From positions 64,001 to 128,000 of the forward strand of contig JAZDKJ010000008.1 in the NCBI GenBank assembly GCA_043803105.1: a stretch of 64,000 nt of DNA, given 5' to 3'. This stretch comes from Candidatus Woesearchaeota archaeon (GTDB lineage: Archaea > Nanobdellota > Nanobdellia > Woesearchaeales > JAZDKJ01). The notes under the pieces were generated by a model. It was not told the DNA's origin, made no database searches, and was given only the letters and a program-made list of their open reading frames with translations. How positions within the stretch are numbered: position 1 is the stretch's first letter; each line of letters begins with the position of its first letter. Shown here piece after piece: positions 30,046-40,140 of this stretch. The position numbers and the translations under genes are program-made.

Positions 30046-30630
30046 ATGGACCCTTTTCTGGCGGCGTGTTTTAGCCTATTAAAAGAGACAGTTGGCTTCT
30101 TTAAATTGAATAAATGGATTTCTGGCTTCTTAGCGGCGTGTTTATTATTTTTCTGGGTATTAGCCTCAAGTAATTTCTTTGATTATAATCATATAACTTT
30201 CGTTTCTCACGGAAAACCCATAGTCAGAAATTTAACTGAACCGCTCAAGCTAGGACTTATTGAGGAACCTAACGGTGAAAGAATCTACAAGTATGAAATC
30301 TCTTTTGGCAATTATTCTTCACCCTGTATCGAAAATACGGAAATAAAGATTAATGCTGACGAGCAAGCACTTCAAAGATTTTTACAAAAATGGTGTCAAG
30401 GAGACCTTTTACCAATTGAACTCAATGAGTATACGATTAAACTAAAGCAAGTTTCTGAACGGGACAACCAGTTGTCATATGAATTGGATACAAAGACGAA
30501 GTGGTCTTGGCGATGGTTTTTTGTCTTGATTGGTTCGATTTTCTTGATAGCTCTTATTTATAAAGTGATAGAACCAAAGATAAGCGATGAAAAGAAAAAA
30601 GGTGAGGGTGGCACCAGCATCAAGATGTAG
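30046..30630 (+). CDS. Membrane protein
   Basis: N- and C-terminal TM helices. Confidence 0.6.
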   Translation: MDPFLAACFSLLKETVGFFKLNKWISGFLAACLLFFWVLASSNFFDYNHITFVSHGKPIVRNLTEPLKLGLIEEPNGERIYKYEISFGNYSSPCIENTEIKINADEQALQRFLQKWCQGDLLPIELNEYTIKLKQVSERDNQLSYELDTKTKWSWRWFFVLIGSIFLIALIYKVIEPKISDEKKKGEGGTSIKM

Positions 30631-30726
30631 ATTTGTCAAGAAGTTCTTTTTTTCATCATTAAGCAAAAGATTTATATATATTATATATTTATACTATATT
30701 ATAAGTTTATAGGATTGTGATTTGAA

Positions 30727-31017
30727 ATGCAGCTAATAATCAAGAGAGCAAAAAATGAAGTACTACACTACCCAAGGCTTGACACCATACTTAAGGTGGA
30801 GAATATCCTTAGGCATGCTGCTGGTCCGGTATCAAAGAATGAGATAGACAGGAGAATAGGCAAAACAATCATGAGGCCAACACTAAACGTTATACTGGAT
30901 TATTTGGACAACAGTGGCAAAATTGCGACATTAAAAGAAGGGATAATCTGGATTTACAAAGAGGATATTAGCGGAAGGCTCAAGGAAAAACTTAGAAAGG
31001 GAATTACAGTGATGTAA
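30727..31017 (+). CDS. Winged-HTH putative antitoxin
   Basis: HYPRLDTILKVE...TLNVILDYL..SGKI; directly upstream of a RelE-like gene. Confidence 0.6.
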   Translation: MQLIIKRAKNEVLHYPRLDTILKVENILRHAAGPVSKNEIDRRIGKTIMRPTLNVILDYLDNSGKIATLKEGIIWIYKEDISGRLKEKLRKGITVM

Positions 31018-31018
31018 T

Positions 31019-31387
31019 ATGGACAAGGAAGTGATCATAAGATTTGATGAAGACGCATTCAAGGAGTATAAGGAATTACAAGACCTTGTTGCGAAGGAGA
31101 TATCCTCTACCAAGAAGCCAACCTATTCACAACTCCTTTCTTCAATAAATATTGCCCTGAGAAACATCAAGGCTAACCCTCGATACGGAGACTTGATACC
31201 GCGAAAATACATTTCAAAAGGTGTGGTCCAGAGATACGGAACTGACAAGATTCTAAGAGTGGAACTTGTAGGTTATTGGAGACTTCTTTACACCCTGATT
31301 GGCGATGAAGCACAGGTAATAGCTTTTATTCTTGAGTACATGGACCACGACAAGTACAACAAGGTATTTGCATACAAGAAGAGGTAA
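31019..31387 (+). CDS. RelE/ParE-like putative toxin
   Basis: NPRYG...RVELVGYWRLLYTL...MDHDKY. Confidence 0.6.
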   Translation: MDKEVIIRFDEDAFKEYKELQDLVAKEISSTKKPTYSQLLSSINIALRNIKANPRYGDLIPRKYISKGVVQRYGTDKILRVELVGYWRLLYTLIGDEAQVIAFILEYMDHDKYNKVFAYKKR

Positions 31388-31441
31388 GTTTCAACAGTTC
31401 TCAAAGCAAAATATTAAATATTGACCATAGAACTAAGGGTC

Positions 31442-32506
31442 ATGCAGAAAAGAGTTTCAATCGTGAAATGCGAAAGCTATAACGAATGCGAGGCAGCCAT
31501 TGACAGAAGCGTAAGACTAATCGGCGGGTGGAAGAGGTTTGTCAAAAAGAACGACCAAGTGCTGATAAAACCGAACATGCTTGTGGGAAAGGGGCCGGAG
31601 CATGCAGTCACAACTCATCCTGCAATGATCGAAGCAATAATAAAGAAAGTGCAGGAGCAAGGCGCAGAAGTAATTGTTGGGGACAGCTCAGCATCAAGGA
31701 ATTTTTCTCAGGTCGCAGACAAGACACAATTAGGGCAAATGTGCAAAAGGCTAGGAGTGAGGCTGATTGAATTGGAGAAGCCTGTATGGATTGATTCTAA
31801 CGGAACACTAGTCAAGAAATTCCCCATCAGCAATACTGTAATGAAGGCAGACCTTGTAATCAATGTGCCAAAGCTCAAGACGCACATTTTTACTGCATAC
31901 ACAGGCGCTGTAAAAAACCTTTTTGGAACCTTGCCAGGGCACCTGAAATCGCACTTCCACTTAAAGTACATGGACAAGACCAAATTCAGCGAGATGCTGC
32001 TTGAGCTCTATATGACCATTAATCCGGGGCTTACAATAATGGACGCAGTCATAGGGATGGAAGGAGCAGGGCCTGGCCAGGGCAAGCCAAAATACCTTGG
32101 CATGGTGATAGCAGGGGATGATGCACTTGCAGTAGACCAAGAGGCAGCAAGGATAGTGGGACTGGAAAAAGCGCCGATGTTTGAGGTGGCAAAAGAAAGA
32201 GGATTAGTTGCAACATATGAGGTAACTGGCGACAAAGTGGCAAGGCAAATGATTGAGCCAGCGGATGGTGTCATATCATCCCTAAGACACAGGCTCTTTG
32301 ACATTCGCGCAGGCCTGACGCGCAGGATAACAAAGCCTGTGGTGGGAGATGAATGCACAGGATGCGAGGAATGCAAGAGGATATGTCCTGTGCATGCAAT
32401 AAACGTTAAGAAGAAGGCAGAGATAGACTACAGCAAATGCATCAAATGCTTTTGCTGCTATGAGGTCTGCTCATATGATGCGATAAAGCTTCAGAGGTTC
32501 AAATGA
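31442..32506 (+). CDS. DUF362 protein with 2x[4Fe-4S] ferredoxin domain
   Basis: LIKPN, TTHP, PKLKTH, KNLFG; CTGCEEC...CP and CIKCFCC...C. Confidence 0.9.
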   Translation: MQKRVSIVKCESYNECEAAIDRSVRLIGGWKRFVKKNDQVLIKPNMLVGKGPEHAVTTHPAMIEAIIKKVQEQGAEVIVGDSSASRNFSQVADKTQLGQMCKRLGVRLIELEKPVWIDSNGTLVKKFPISNTVMKADLVINVPKLKTHIFTAYTGAVKNLFGTLPGHLKSHFHLKYMDKTKFSEMLLELYMTINPGLTIMDAVIGMEGAGPGQGKPKYLGMVIAGDDALAVDQEAARIVGLEKAPMFEVAKERGLVATYEVTGDKVARQMIEPADGVISSLRHRLFDIRAGLTRRITKPVVGDECTGCEECKRICPVHAINVKKKAEIDYSKCIKCFCCYEVCSYDAIKLQRFK

Positions 32507-32664
32507 GATTGCTACAGATAGTATCATTGGTGCTTGCAGTTGTTATGGTGTTAGGGTTGACGCTTATGGCCCTAGGCAAAATAACACCACTCCAGTTCTG
32601 GCTGACTGCAATAATCATTGCGCTGATTGCCTATGGGATTCTACCAAGGATTAAGAAACCCTAA
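32503..32664 (+). CDS. Small two-TM protein (53 aa)
   Basis: ATGA overlap with the DUF362 gene; manual translation. Confidence 0.55.
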   Translation: MRLLQIVSLVLAVVMVLGLTLMALGKITPLQFWLTAIIIALIAYGILPRIKKP

Positions 32665-32702
32665 GGGAAACGTTTTAAAACATAATAGAAACAACACTGC
32701 AA

Positions 32703-33278
32703 ATGGGGGAGCTTTTAACAATCTACAGGAACAACCTGTTTTTTGCAGCTGATAAAAAACTCAGGTCTGAAAAACAGGTTATTGAATATGTTGCGCTCGT
32801 CGCCGCAAAATTTATCCCAATGGACAAGGATATGCTGTTGCAGGAATATGATTCCTTGCCTAAGAACTACAAGCGATTCATCAGATACCAAGACAAGTTG
32901 GCAACATATTCTGCGGTAAAAGAGATTGCTGACCTTGCGCTCTTTATCATCGGCTCATTTCCCGATGAGAGGACAGTAAGCAAGACCGGCACTTCGCTTC
33001 AAGGGCATTTGAGGTTTGGCAAATTTCTGTATGAGCGGACCTTGTACTATGGGCAGGTTATCATGATAAACGGGGAGCAGATGCAAGTGTACAGCAAGAT
33101 GGCGGATAACTATAGGAAGATATCTCTTCTGATGTACAAAGTCAAGCAGAGCATAAACTACATTATCCCGTCTGTAACAATAGAGAGTCTTGATGAGATG
33201 ACTGTTGCGTTTGGCCAGGAATTTCCAGAGCAGTTGTTGGGGAAGAAGCCCGTAGGTTTATTGAGAGTCATAAAATAG
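32703..33278 (+). CDS. Hypothetical protein
   Basis: 191-aa ORF behind a TTTTAAAA box. Confidence 0.6.
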   Translation: MGELLTIYRNNLFFAADKKLRSEKQVIEYVALVAAKFIPMDKDMLLQEYDSLPKNYKRFIRYQDKLATYSAVKEIADLALFIIGSFPDERTVSKTGTSLQGHLRFGKFLYERTLYYGQVIMINGEQMQVYSKMADNYRKISLLMYKVKQSINYIIPSVTIESLDEMTVAFGQEFPEQLLGKKPVGLLRVIK

Positions 33279-33429
33279 TTATCTTTAAATAAATAACAAG
33301 CTTAACATTCTCCAATGAGCATTGGTTCGTTAATCATTTCTATCATCATTATTTAGTTAGGCCTCTCTCGGCCAGGGCAAAGCAGCATGATAGAAATATA
33401 TATAAAGCAAGCAGGAAGAACTGAGCACA

Positions 33430-36400
33430 ATGGAAAAGTCATACGATTTCAAGAGTGTTGAGGAAGAGGTAATGGAATTCTGGAAGAAAAGCAAGACTTA
33501 CCAGAATGCGAAGAAAAAGCTCAAGGGAAAAAAGCAATTCTATTTCCTTGACGGGCCACCCTACACCTCAGGAAGGGTGCACATAGGGACAGCATGGAAC
33601 AAGAGCCTAAAGGACACGATCCTTAGGTACAAGCGAATGCAGGGCTTTGATGCCTGGGATCGAGCAGGCTATGACATGCACGGAATGCCAACAGAGCAAG
33701 GGGTTGAAAGAGAGCTAGGAATAAAATTCAAAGAGGACATCCCGAAATTCGGAGTGGACAAGTTTGTCAAGGCCTGTAAAGAATTCTCGATAAGGAACAT
33801 GAACCTGATGAACAAGGACTTCCAGCGCCTGGGAGTTTGGATGGACTTTGAAAACGCATACCAGCCAATCGACCCAAAATATATAGAAGGTGAGTGGTGG
33901 CTGATAGCGCAGGCGCACAAGAACAAAAGGCTGTACGAAGGGGAAAAAACAATGCACTGGTGCGCAAAAGACGGCACAGCGCTTGCAAAACACGAACTTG
34001 AATACAAGCTGGTAACTGAAGACTCAATATTCATAAAGTTTCCAGTGGTGGGAAAGAACAAGGAGTTTCTCATAATCTGGACAACAACTCCATGGACAAT
34101 ACCCTTCAACTTAGGCGTGATGGTCAACCCAGAACTTGAGTATGTAAGGGCAAAGGTGGGGGATGAAGTATGGATCATAGCAAAAAGGCTTGTGGCAGCT
34201 GTGGTACAGTCAGTAGCAGACAAGCAATACAAGATAATTGAGGAGTTCACAGGAGACAAGCTTGCGGGAACAAAGTACATGCATCCTTTCTATGAGGAAA
34301 TAAGCGAATTCAAGGAGCTTGAAAAGAAGTCTGACAAATTATTCACTGTTGTATTGAGCTCAGAATATGTAGACCTTTCTGCAGGCTCTGGGTTAGTACA
34401 CATGGCGCCAGGATGCGGGCCAGAGGACTATGAGGTGGGCTATCGCGAGGGCATACCTCCATTTAACAACCTGACAGAATCAGGCATTTTCCCAAAAAGC
34501 ATGGGAAGATTTGCTGGCTTGAAAGCAAAAAAAGACGATGCACAATTCATCAAGGCATTAGAAGAAAAGGGCTACCTAATTGCAACCACGAAGGTGGAGC
34601 ACGATTATGCGCACTGCTGGCGATGCAAAAGCCCAGTCATATTCAGGACAACAAAACAATGGTTCTTCAAGGTGGAGGACATGATCCCTGAGATGAGAGA
34701 GCTAAACAAGAAAATCTATTGGATGCCTGACTATGCAGGAAGCAGGCAGTTTGACTCATGGCTCGCAAACTTGAGAGACAACGGGATAACAAGACAAAGG
34801 TTTTGGGGGACGCCATTGCCTGTATGGAGATGCGAGAAGTGCCAGAAATATGTTGTCATAGGTTCACTGAAAGAATTGCAGAAACATGCTGGAAAAATAC
34901 CTGAAGACCTACACAAGCCATGGATAGATGAGGTAGAGTGGAAATGCAAGTGCTCAGGAACGATGAAAAGAGTACCTGACATACTAGATGTATGGATAGA
35001 CGCGGGTTCGGCATCATGGAACTGCCTTGGGTTTCCGCAGAAAAAAGCACTGTTCAAGAAATTGTTCCCTGCAGACTTCATACTTGAAGGAATCGACCAG
35101 ATAAGGGGATGGTTCAACCTCTTGTTTGTTGCCTCCATGGTATCAATGCACAAACCATCATTCAAGGCAGTTTACATGCACGGGTTTGTCCAGGATTCAC
35201 AAGGAAGGAAGATGTCAAAATCTTTGGGCAACTATATATTACCGGAAGAGGTTGTCGGAAAATACGGCGCAGACACTCTACGGTTCTACATGATAGGAGG
35301 GACAAACCCTGGGCTTGACTTGAACTACAATTTCGAGGACATGCAAATAAAGTCAAGAAACATCTCAGTATTGTGGAACCTACATAACTTCCTGATTGAT
35401 TATGTGCATACGAACGGAATAAAACAACTAACTGGCAAGCCAAGCCTGTCAATAGAAGAGGAATACATCATCTCAAAATCAAACAATGCTGTAAAGAAAG
35501 CGACAGAGGCTATGGAGGCGTACAGGCTAAACGAAGTACCGTGGATAGTGGAAGGATTATTCCTCGAATTATCAAGGGGATATATCCAGATGGTAAGGGA
35601 GAAGTCTTCTTCAGGAACAGAAGAGGAGAAGATGGCTGTTGCCTACACAATCTATCGTGTGCTTTTTGATGCAATGAGACTGCTTTCGATAATCTGCCCG
35701 TTCATAACAGAAAAAATGTACCAGAACATCAAGCACGAATTCAAGCTAAATGAAAAGAGTATACATCATGAGAAATGGCCTGGCTATATTGAGAAGGAGA
35801 TAGACCAAGAACTGGAAGAGCAGATGGAAACAACACAGAACATAATACAAGCAGTGCTCAGGGCAAGAGAGCAGGCAAAACTAGGGGTAAGATGGCCACT
35901 AGCTGAGGCAATAATAATCACAAAGGACGCAAAAACCAAGGAAGCATCAGAACGGACAGAAGAGGTGCTAAGGAAAATAACAAACATCAAGAAAATAATT
36001 GTGAAGGAGAATTTTGAAGGAACCAAGGCAAGCATAAAGCCAGAATACAAAACCATAGGGCCAGAATTCGGTGCAATGGCACCAAGCATAATAGCCAAGA
36101 TACTGTCAGAAAGCCCGGAAACCGTAATAAGCCATATTGAGAAAGATGGAAGATTCATGCTAAAACTGGATGGAAAAGAGGTTGCAGTAAGAAAAGAGCA
36201 CCTGATAATAACAAGAACTGTACCAGAGCCATACATTGAAGCAGAATTCAAGAACGGAAGAATCTACATAAACACAAGGCTGAACAGGGAGCTTGAGGCT
36301 GAGGGATATGCAAGAGAGATAACCAGAAGGGTGCAGCAGTTAAGAAAGGAAGCGGGGCTAAATAAGACAGACACCATAACGCTTGAGATTGTTAGTGACG

Positions 36401-36555
36401 AAGCTATCAAGGAAATGATCTCAGGATGGCAGCAACATATCAAGGATAGGGTAGGTGCTTCGAAAGTTGAATTCTCAAAAACTGGTCAAAAGCACATCGC
36501 AGAGAAAAAGGAAAAGATAAGGGAGCATGAGATAGAAATATTCATCAGCAAATAG
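33430..36555 (+). CDS. ileS: Isoleucine--tRNA ligase
   Basis: DGPPYTSGRVHIG, WTTTPWT, EGIDQIRGWF, KMSKS. Confidence 0.97.
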   Translation: MEKSYDFKSVEEEVMEFWKKSKTYQNAKKKLKGKKQFYFLDGPPYTSGRVHIGTAWNKSLKDTILRYKRMQGFDAWDRAGYDMHGMPTEQGVERELGIKFKEDIPKFGVDKFVKACKEFSIRNMNLMNKDFQRLGVWMDFENAYQPIDPKYIEGEWWLIAQAHKNKRLYEGEKTMHWCAKDGTALAKHELEYKLVTEDSIFIKFPVVGKNKEFLIIWTTTPWTIPFNLGVMVNPELEYVRAKVGDEVWIIAKRLVAAVVQSVADKQYKIIEEFTGDKLAGTKYMHPFYEEISEFKELEKKSDKLFTVVLSSEYVDLSAGSGLVHMAPGCGPEDYEVGYREGIPPFNNLTESGIFPKSMGRFAGLKAKKDDAQFIKALEEKGYLIATTKVEHDYAHCWRCKSPVIFRTTKQWFFKVEDMIPEMRELNKKIYWMPDYAGSRQFDSWLANLRDNGITRQRFWGTPLPVWRCEKCQKYVVIGSLKELQKHAGKIPEDLHKPWIDEVEWKCKCSGTMKRVPDILDVWIDAGSASWNCLGFPQKKALFKKLFPADFILEGIDQIRGWFNLLFVASMVSMHKPSFKAVYMHGFVQDSQGRKMSKSLGNYILPEEVVGKYGADTLRFYMIGGTNPGLDLNYNFEDMQIKSRNISVLWNLHNFLIDYVHTNGIKQLTGKPSLSIEEEYIISKSNNAVKKATEAMEAYRLNEVPWIVEGLFLELSRGYIQMVREKSSSGTEEEKMAVAYTIYRVLFDAMRLLSIICPFITEKMYQNIKHEFKLNEKSIHHEKWPGYIEKEIDQELEEQMETTQNIIQAVLRAREQAKLGVRWPLAEAIIITKDAKTKEASERTEEVLRKITNIKKIIVKENFEGTKASIKPEYKTIGPEFGAMAPSIIAKILSESPETVISHIEKDGRFMLKLDGKEVAVRKEHLIITRTVPEPYIEAEFKNGRIYINTRLNRELEAEGYAREITRRVQQLRKEAGLNKTDTITLEIVSDEAIKEMISGWQQHIKDRVGASKVEFSKTGQKHIAEKKEKIREHEIEIFISK

Positions 36556-36616
36556 GAGTTCTACAGCTTGCCAAAACAAATCCAGCGAAAACTATATAAA
36601 CTAAGCTTTGACAGGA

Positions 36617-37078
36617 ATGTCCATGAGGACAATAGCACTCTGGATTGCATTGCTTCTCATTCTAACGCCTTTATGCATGGCAATCGATATTCCTCCACTT
36701 GCCAGTGTTATGGAGGGCTACAACTCAAACATAGACAATGTGCCTGGCTTTGTAAAGAGCATAATAGGGACAGAACGGATCAATTGTCATATCTCGCTGG
36801 ATGACGGCAGCACACTAAACGTAATGGCAACAAGCTCTAAAGGAAAGCTTGAGAGCCTTGACTTTGGCGAGCTTGAGAATGCAACAATGATTGTGAAGAC
36901 AAGCGAGGCGACTATCAGCAAGATAACAAGCGCAGACAACCCCATAACTGAGCTGAAGAAAGCGCTCTCGGACAAAGAGATAACTTATGAGCCTCAAGGC
37001 TTTATGAAAAAAGTCAAGTGGGGATTTGTGTCATTTGCGCTCAAGTTCTCTGTATGGTTTGGGTTTAAGCGAAAATGA
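36617..37078 (+). CDS. Secreted/membrane hypothetical protein
   Basis: N-terminal signal peptide. Confidence 0.65.
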   Translation: MSMRTIALWIALLLILTPLCMAIDIPPLASVMEGYNSNIDNVPGFVKSIIGTERINCHISLDDGSTLNVMATSSKGKLESLDFGELENATMIVKTSEATISKITSADNPITELKKALSDKEITYEPQGFMKKVKWGFVSFALKFSVWFGFKRK

Positions 37079-37515
37079 AGAAAGTCTCAAGAGACACTCC
37101 GCTTGCAGAAATCACATTACGCAAGTACGAGAAGCCATTTGGATTGAAAGGAAGAGAACTGGTGAGAAAACTCTGCCTATCAATAGGATTATTACAGCCA
37201 GGAGACTCAAGAGACATAATCGTTGACATCTTCCATGTGCTGTTGAAAAGCAAGAAAGAGCTTACTTCCAAGGAGATAGAGGAGTTGGTGATTGCATCTA
37301 GGAAAAAGCACAAGCTGGCTTTGCATGGCATAGCATCATCAAATATCAGGAGGCAGCTAAAAAGGCTAAAAGACCTTTTCCTAATCGAGAGCGTAATGAA
37401 CAAGTACAGGATTACAGAAAAGGCAAGACTTCGGGAAATATTTGCGGAGAAGATCGAGAAGTATTACCTTCAGAGCATTGTCTCAAGAGTGAAGGAGTAT
37501 TTCGACCAATTCTAG
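37075..37515 (+). CDS. Conserved archaeal HTH-type regulator
   Basis: ITLRKYEKP...CLSIGLLQPGDSRD...SNIRRQLKRL. Confidence 0.7.
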   Translation: MKKVSRDTPLAEITLRKYEKPFGLKGRELVRKLCLSIGLLQPGDSRDIIVDIFHVLLKSKKELTSKEIEELVIASRKKHKLALHGIASSNIRRQLKRLKDLFLIESVMNKYRITEKARLREIFAEKIEKYYLQSIVSRVKEYFDQF

Positions 37516-38368
37516 CGGCCTTGTCCATACCTGCGCTGTAGGCAAGGTCCAAGACAGTCTGGACATAGACATCCCAGTGATTATAGCCAAAGACAGCACC
37601 CTCAAGGCTGCCGTAAATCACGCTGTGCTGCGATAAGTAATTAGCAGCAGACATAATGCAATCAGCCATGTCATAGACATTATTGCCTACAAACCAGGTG
37701 TTAAGAGAGGTTGGAATAAACTGAGCATGACCTATGGCCGCGGCATGACTGGATTTCAAGGCCTTTGGATGAATCCTCTTTTTCATGGTGAATGTTGCCA
37801 AGCCTGCCAATTGCTTTGCTGCCCATTCTGCGCGATCATCCTCTGCAGTCCTGTAGAGTGAAACAAGCACACCTGCAGGCTCTAATTTTCCTGGATAGGC
37901 GCCAAATGAAGACTCGATGCCAATAACTGCCGAAGTCAGCTCCTTTGGAACTACGTATTCTTGAACTGACTTGTCCAGCCAATATGAATTATTATACATA
38001 AACCTGTGAATCTCTTTGCATTTTGTATCAAAACCTGTCCTTCTCTTGTAATCAGCGACTGAGGCTTCAAGTATCTGGGTTCTTTTCTCTGGAGACAATC
38101 GCTCATAAAATTTTCGGACACTTTCCTTTTTCTCGCTGGTTGGAAACAGATTGCTAATCTTTGGGTAAAACCTGGCATCTTTGACTACAGGACGGACGTC
38201 AATACCTTGCTCAGATAATTTCTCAACAAGAGAATCGACAGACCTATCACAGGAAGGATATTGTGATGTGCTGGTCCCTGTGGCAAGACCGAAGTTGGGG
38301 CTGAGCACACTAACTGCCAGTACCTTGATAGCACCGCTGACAAACTGCTTGCGAGTAAGATCATTCAT
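37412..38368 (-). CDS. MltB-like lytic murein transglycosylase with Tat-like signal
   Basis: IGIESSFG (catalytic Glu), SSHAAAIGHAQFIPTS, SAANYL, YNHWDVYV; N-terminal LTRKQFV + hydrophobic helix. Confidence 0.85.
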   Translation of the reverse strand: MNDLTRKQFVSGAIKVLAVSVLSPNFGLATGTSTSQYPSCDRSVDSLVEKLSEQGIDVRPVVKDARFYPKISNLFPTSEKKESVRKFYERLSPEKRTQILEASVADYKRRTGFDTKCKEIHRFMYNNSYWLDKSVQEYVVPKELTSAVIGIESSFGAYPGKLEPAGVLVSLYRTAEDDRAEWAAKQLAGLATFTMKKRIHPKALKSSHAAAIGHAQFIPTSLNTWFVGNNVYDMADCIMSAANYLSQHSVIYGSLEGAVFGYNHWDVYVQTVLDLAYSAGMDKAARIGRNTPSLLRQCSEGNTSRSSPQIFPEVLPFL

Positions 38369-38491
38369 GTCGCAGGCATTTGCACAGTGATTTATAAAGA
38401 TTACTATTTATAGTCTCTAAAAAGTAGTGATTATTTCAAGGCAGGGGGCTTTAACATCATTTTTAAATACCGGAATCAAGTAAGCAGCAAA

Positions 38492-39655
38492 ATGGGATAC
38501 GAACCGCAAGAGGATTCTTTTCTACTACAGAAATATGTAAAGAAATTTGCAAAGGGCGTTGTGCTTGACATGGGCACAGGGTCTGGAATACAGGCAAATG
38601 CTGCAGCAAGTAGGGCAAAAAAAGTTATTGCTGTGGATAAAGATAAAGAAGTGATAAAGCAATTAAATAAATCAAACACAAATAAGAAAATCACTTATCA
38701 CGAAAGCGATCTTTTTAGCTGCTTCAAAAAAGTGCATTGTGGCAGGTTTGACACCATAATATTCAATCCACCTTACCTGCCAAGGGAGGGGTCTGAAGAT
38801 TTGGCACTAGACGGAGGCAGGAAAGGTTAGGAGATTATTGAGAGGTTCTTGAACGCTGCAACAGGATTCCTAAAGCCTAAAGGCAAGATAATCATGGTAT
38901 TCTCATCACTGACAAATCAGGAGCGGATAAACAGGATAATCAAGGCAAACATGATGGAATACAAGCAACTTGAGGAGCAGCATATTTTCTTTGAGAGCAT
39001 TTATGTTTATTTGGCATACAAATCACAGCTTCTGAATCAACTCGAAGCAAAGGGAGTAAGAGCAATCAAATACCTTGCTCAAGGTAAAAGAGGAGTGGTC
39101 TACACAGGAGTATACAAAGGAACAAAGGTGGCAATCAAAACAAAAAAAGCTGGGAGCAAGGCAGAAGGAGCGATGGCAAACGAGGCAAGAATGCTTAAAG
39201 CAATAAACAAGCAAGGAATCGGGCCAAGGTTTAGATTTAGCGGAAAGGAATATCTTGTATATGAATTTGTGGAAGGTGAGTTCTTTATTGACTTTATTGG
39301 CCACAAGAAGAGAGCGCAGATTGTCAAGGTTATCAGAGAAATCTTTTCCCAGCTGTATAAACTTGACCAGATGCACATCAACAAGGAAGAGATGTCAAGG
39401 CCAAGAAAACACATAATAGTTGGAAACGATCGTGCAGTGCTAATAGACTTTGAAAGGGCAAGAAAGACAGAAAAGCCATCAAATGTAACACAGTTCTGCA
39501 GCTTCCTGATATCGAACTATATTGCGAGCACATTGAAAAAACAAGGAATAAACATCGATAGGGAGCGGCTTATCAGAGCAGCACAATCGTACAAGGAAAA
39601 GCTTGATAAGGGTTCATGGTCTTCTGTGCTGCATGAAATTGATGGAACAGCCTGA
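38492..39655 (+). CDS. HemK/Mtq2-like methyltransferase fused to a Bud32/RIO-like kinase, interrupted by in-frame TAG
   Basis: YEPQEDSFLL, LDMGTGSG, FNPPY; TAG at 38828-38830 is in frame with the 38849 ORF (GKRGVVY, VAIK, LIDFE). Confidence 0.8.
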
Positions 39656-39872
39656 TCACGCAATAGAAATCCCGGTAAGAGCGAGCAGACAAATCAAAGA
39701 GCTTGGGCAATTTGTGGCAGAGATGCAGCAGCTTGCACCAAAGGCAGAAGATGTAATATTTGCCAAGGCAATGGACATCTTAGGCCAGGTTTCTGCAGGA
39801 GAATTTGCAGAGGCATTAGATTATGCAAAACTTCAATCAAAAAGTTTGGGATATAACCAAAAAGATTCCTAA
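39642..39872 (+). CDS. Hypothetical protein
   Basis: Short ORF overlapping both neighbours. Confidence 0.4.
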   Translation: MEQPDHAIEIPVRASRQIKELGQFVAEMQQLAPKAEDVIFAKAMDILGQVSAGEFAEALDYAKLQSKSLGYNQKDS

Positions 39873-40122
39873 AGGGAGAGTCAGCACTTACAAAGCGATA
39901 GCCCAGGCGCTAGGTACTAAAGCGTACAGGGCTGTTGGCAATGCTCTGAACAAAAACCCTTACGCTCCTATAGTTCCATGCCATCGGGTCATAAGGAGCG
40001 ATGGCCTAGTGGGAGGATTTGCATCAGGCAACAGAAGGAAGATGCAAATGCTAAAAACAGAGGGAATAAATATATCAAATGGCAGGATAGAATTGAAGAA
40101 GTATTTCTTAAAAATTCGCTGA
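39823..40122 (+). CDS. ogt: O6-methylguanine-DNA methyltransferase (short form)
   Basis: IPKGRVSTY, RAVGNAL, VPCHRVI active site. Confidence 0.9.
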   Translation: MQNFNQKVWDITKKIPKGRVSTYKAIAQALGTKAYRAVGNALNKNPYAPIVPCHRVIRSDGLVGGFASGNRRKMQMLKTEGINISNGRIELKKYFLKIR

Positions 40123-40140
40123 TATACCACCGCAGAAAAA

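Noticed and set aside
12681-38830. Genome-wide stop-codon reassignment
   Set aside because: TGA and TAG both end many conserved genes at expected positions; only one in-frame case of each was found
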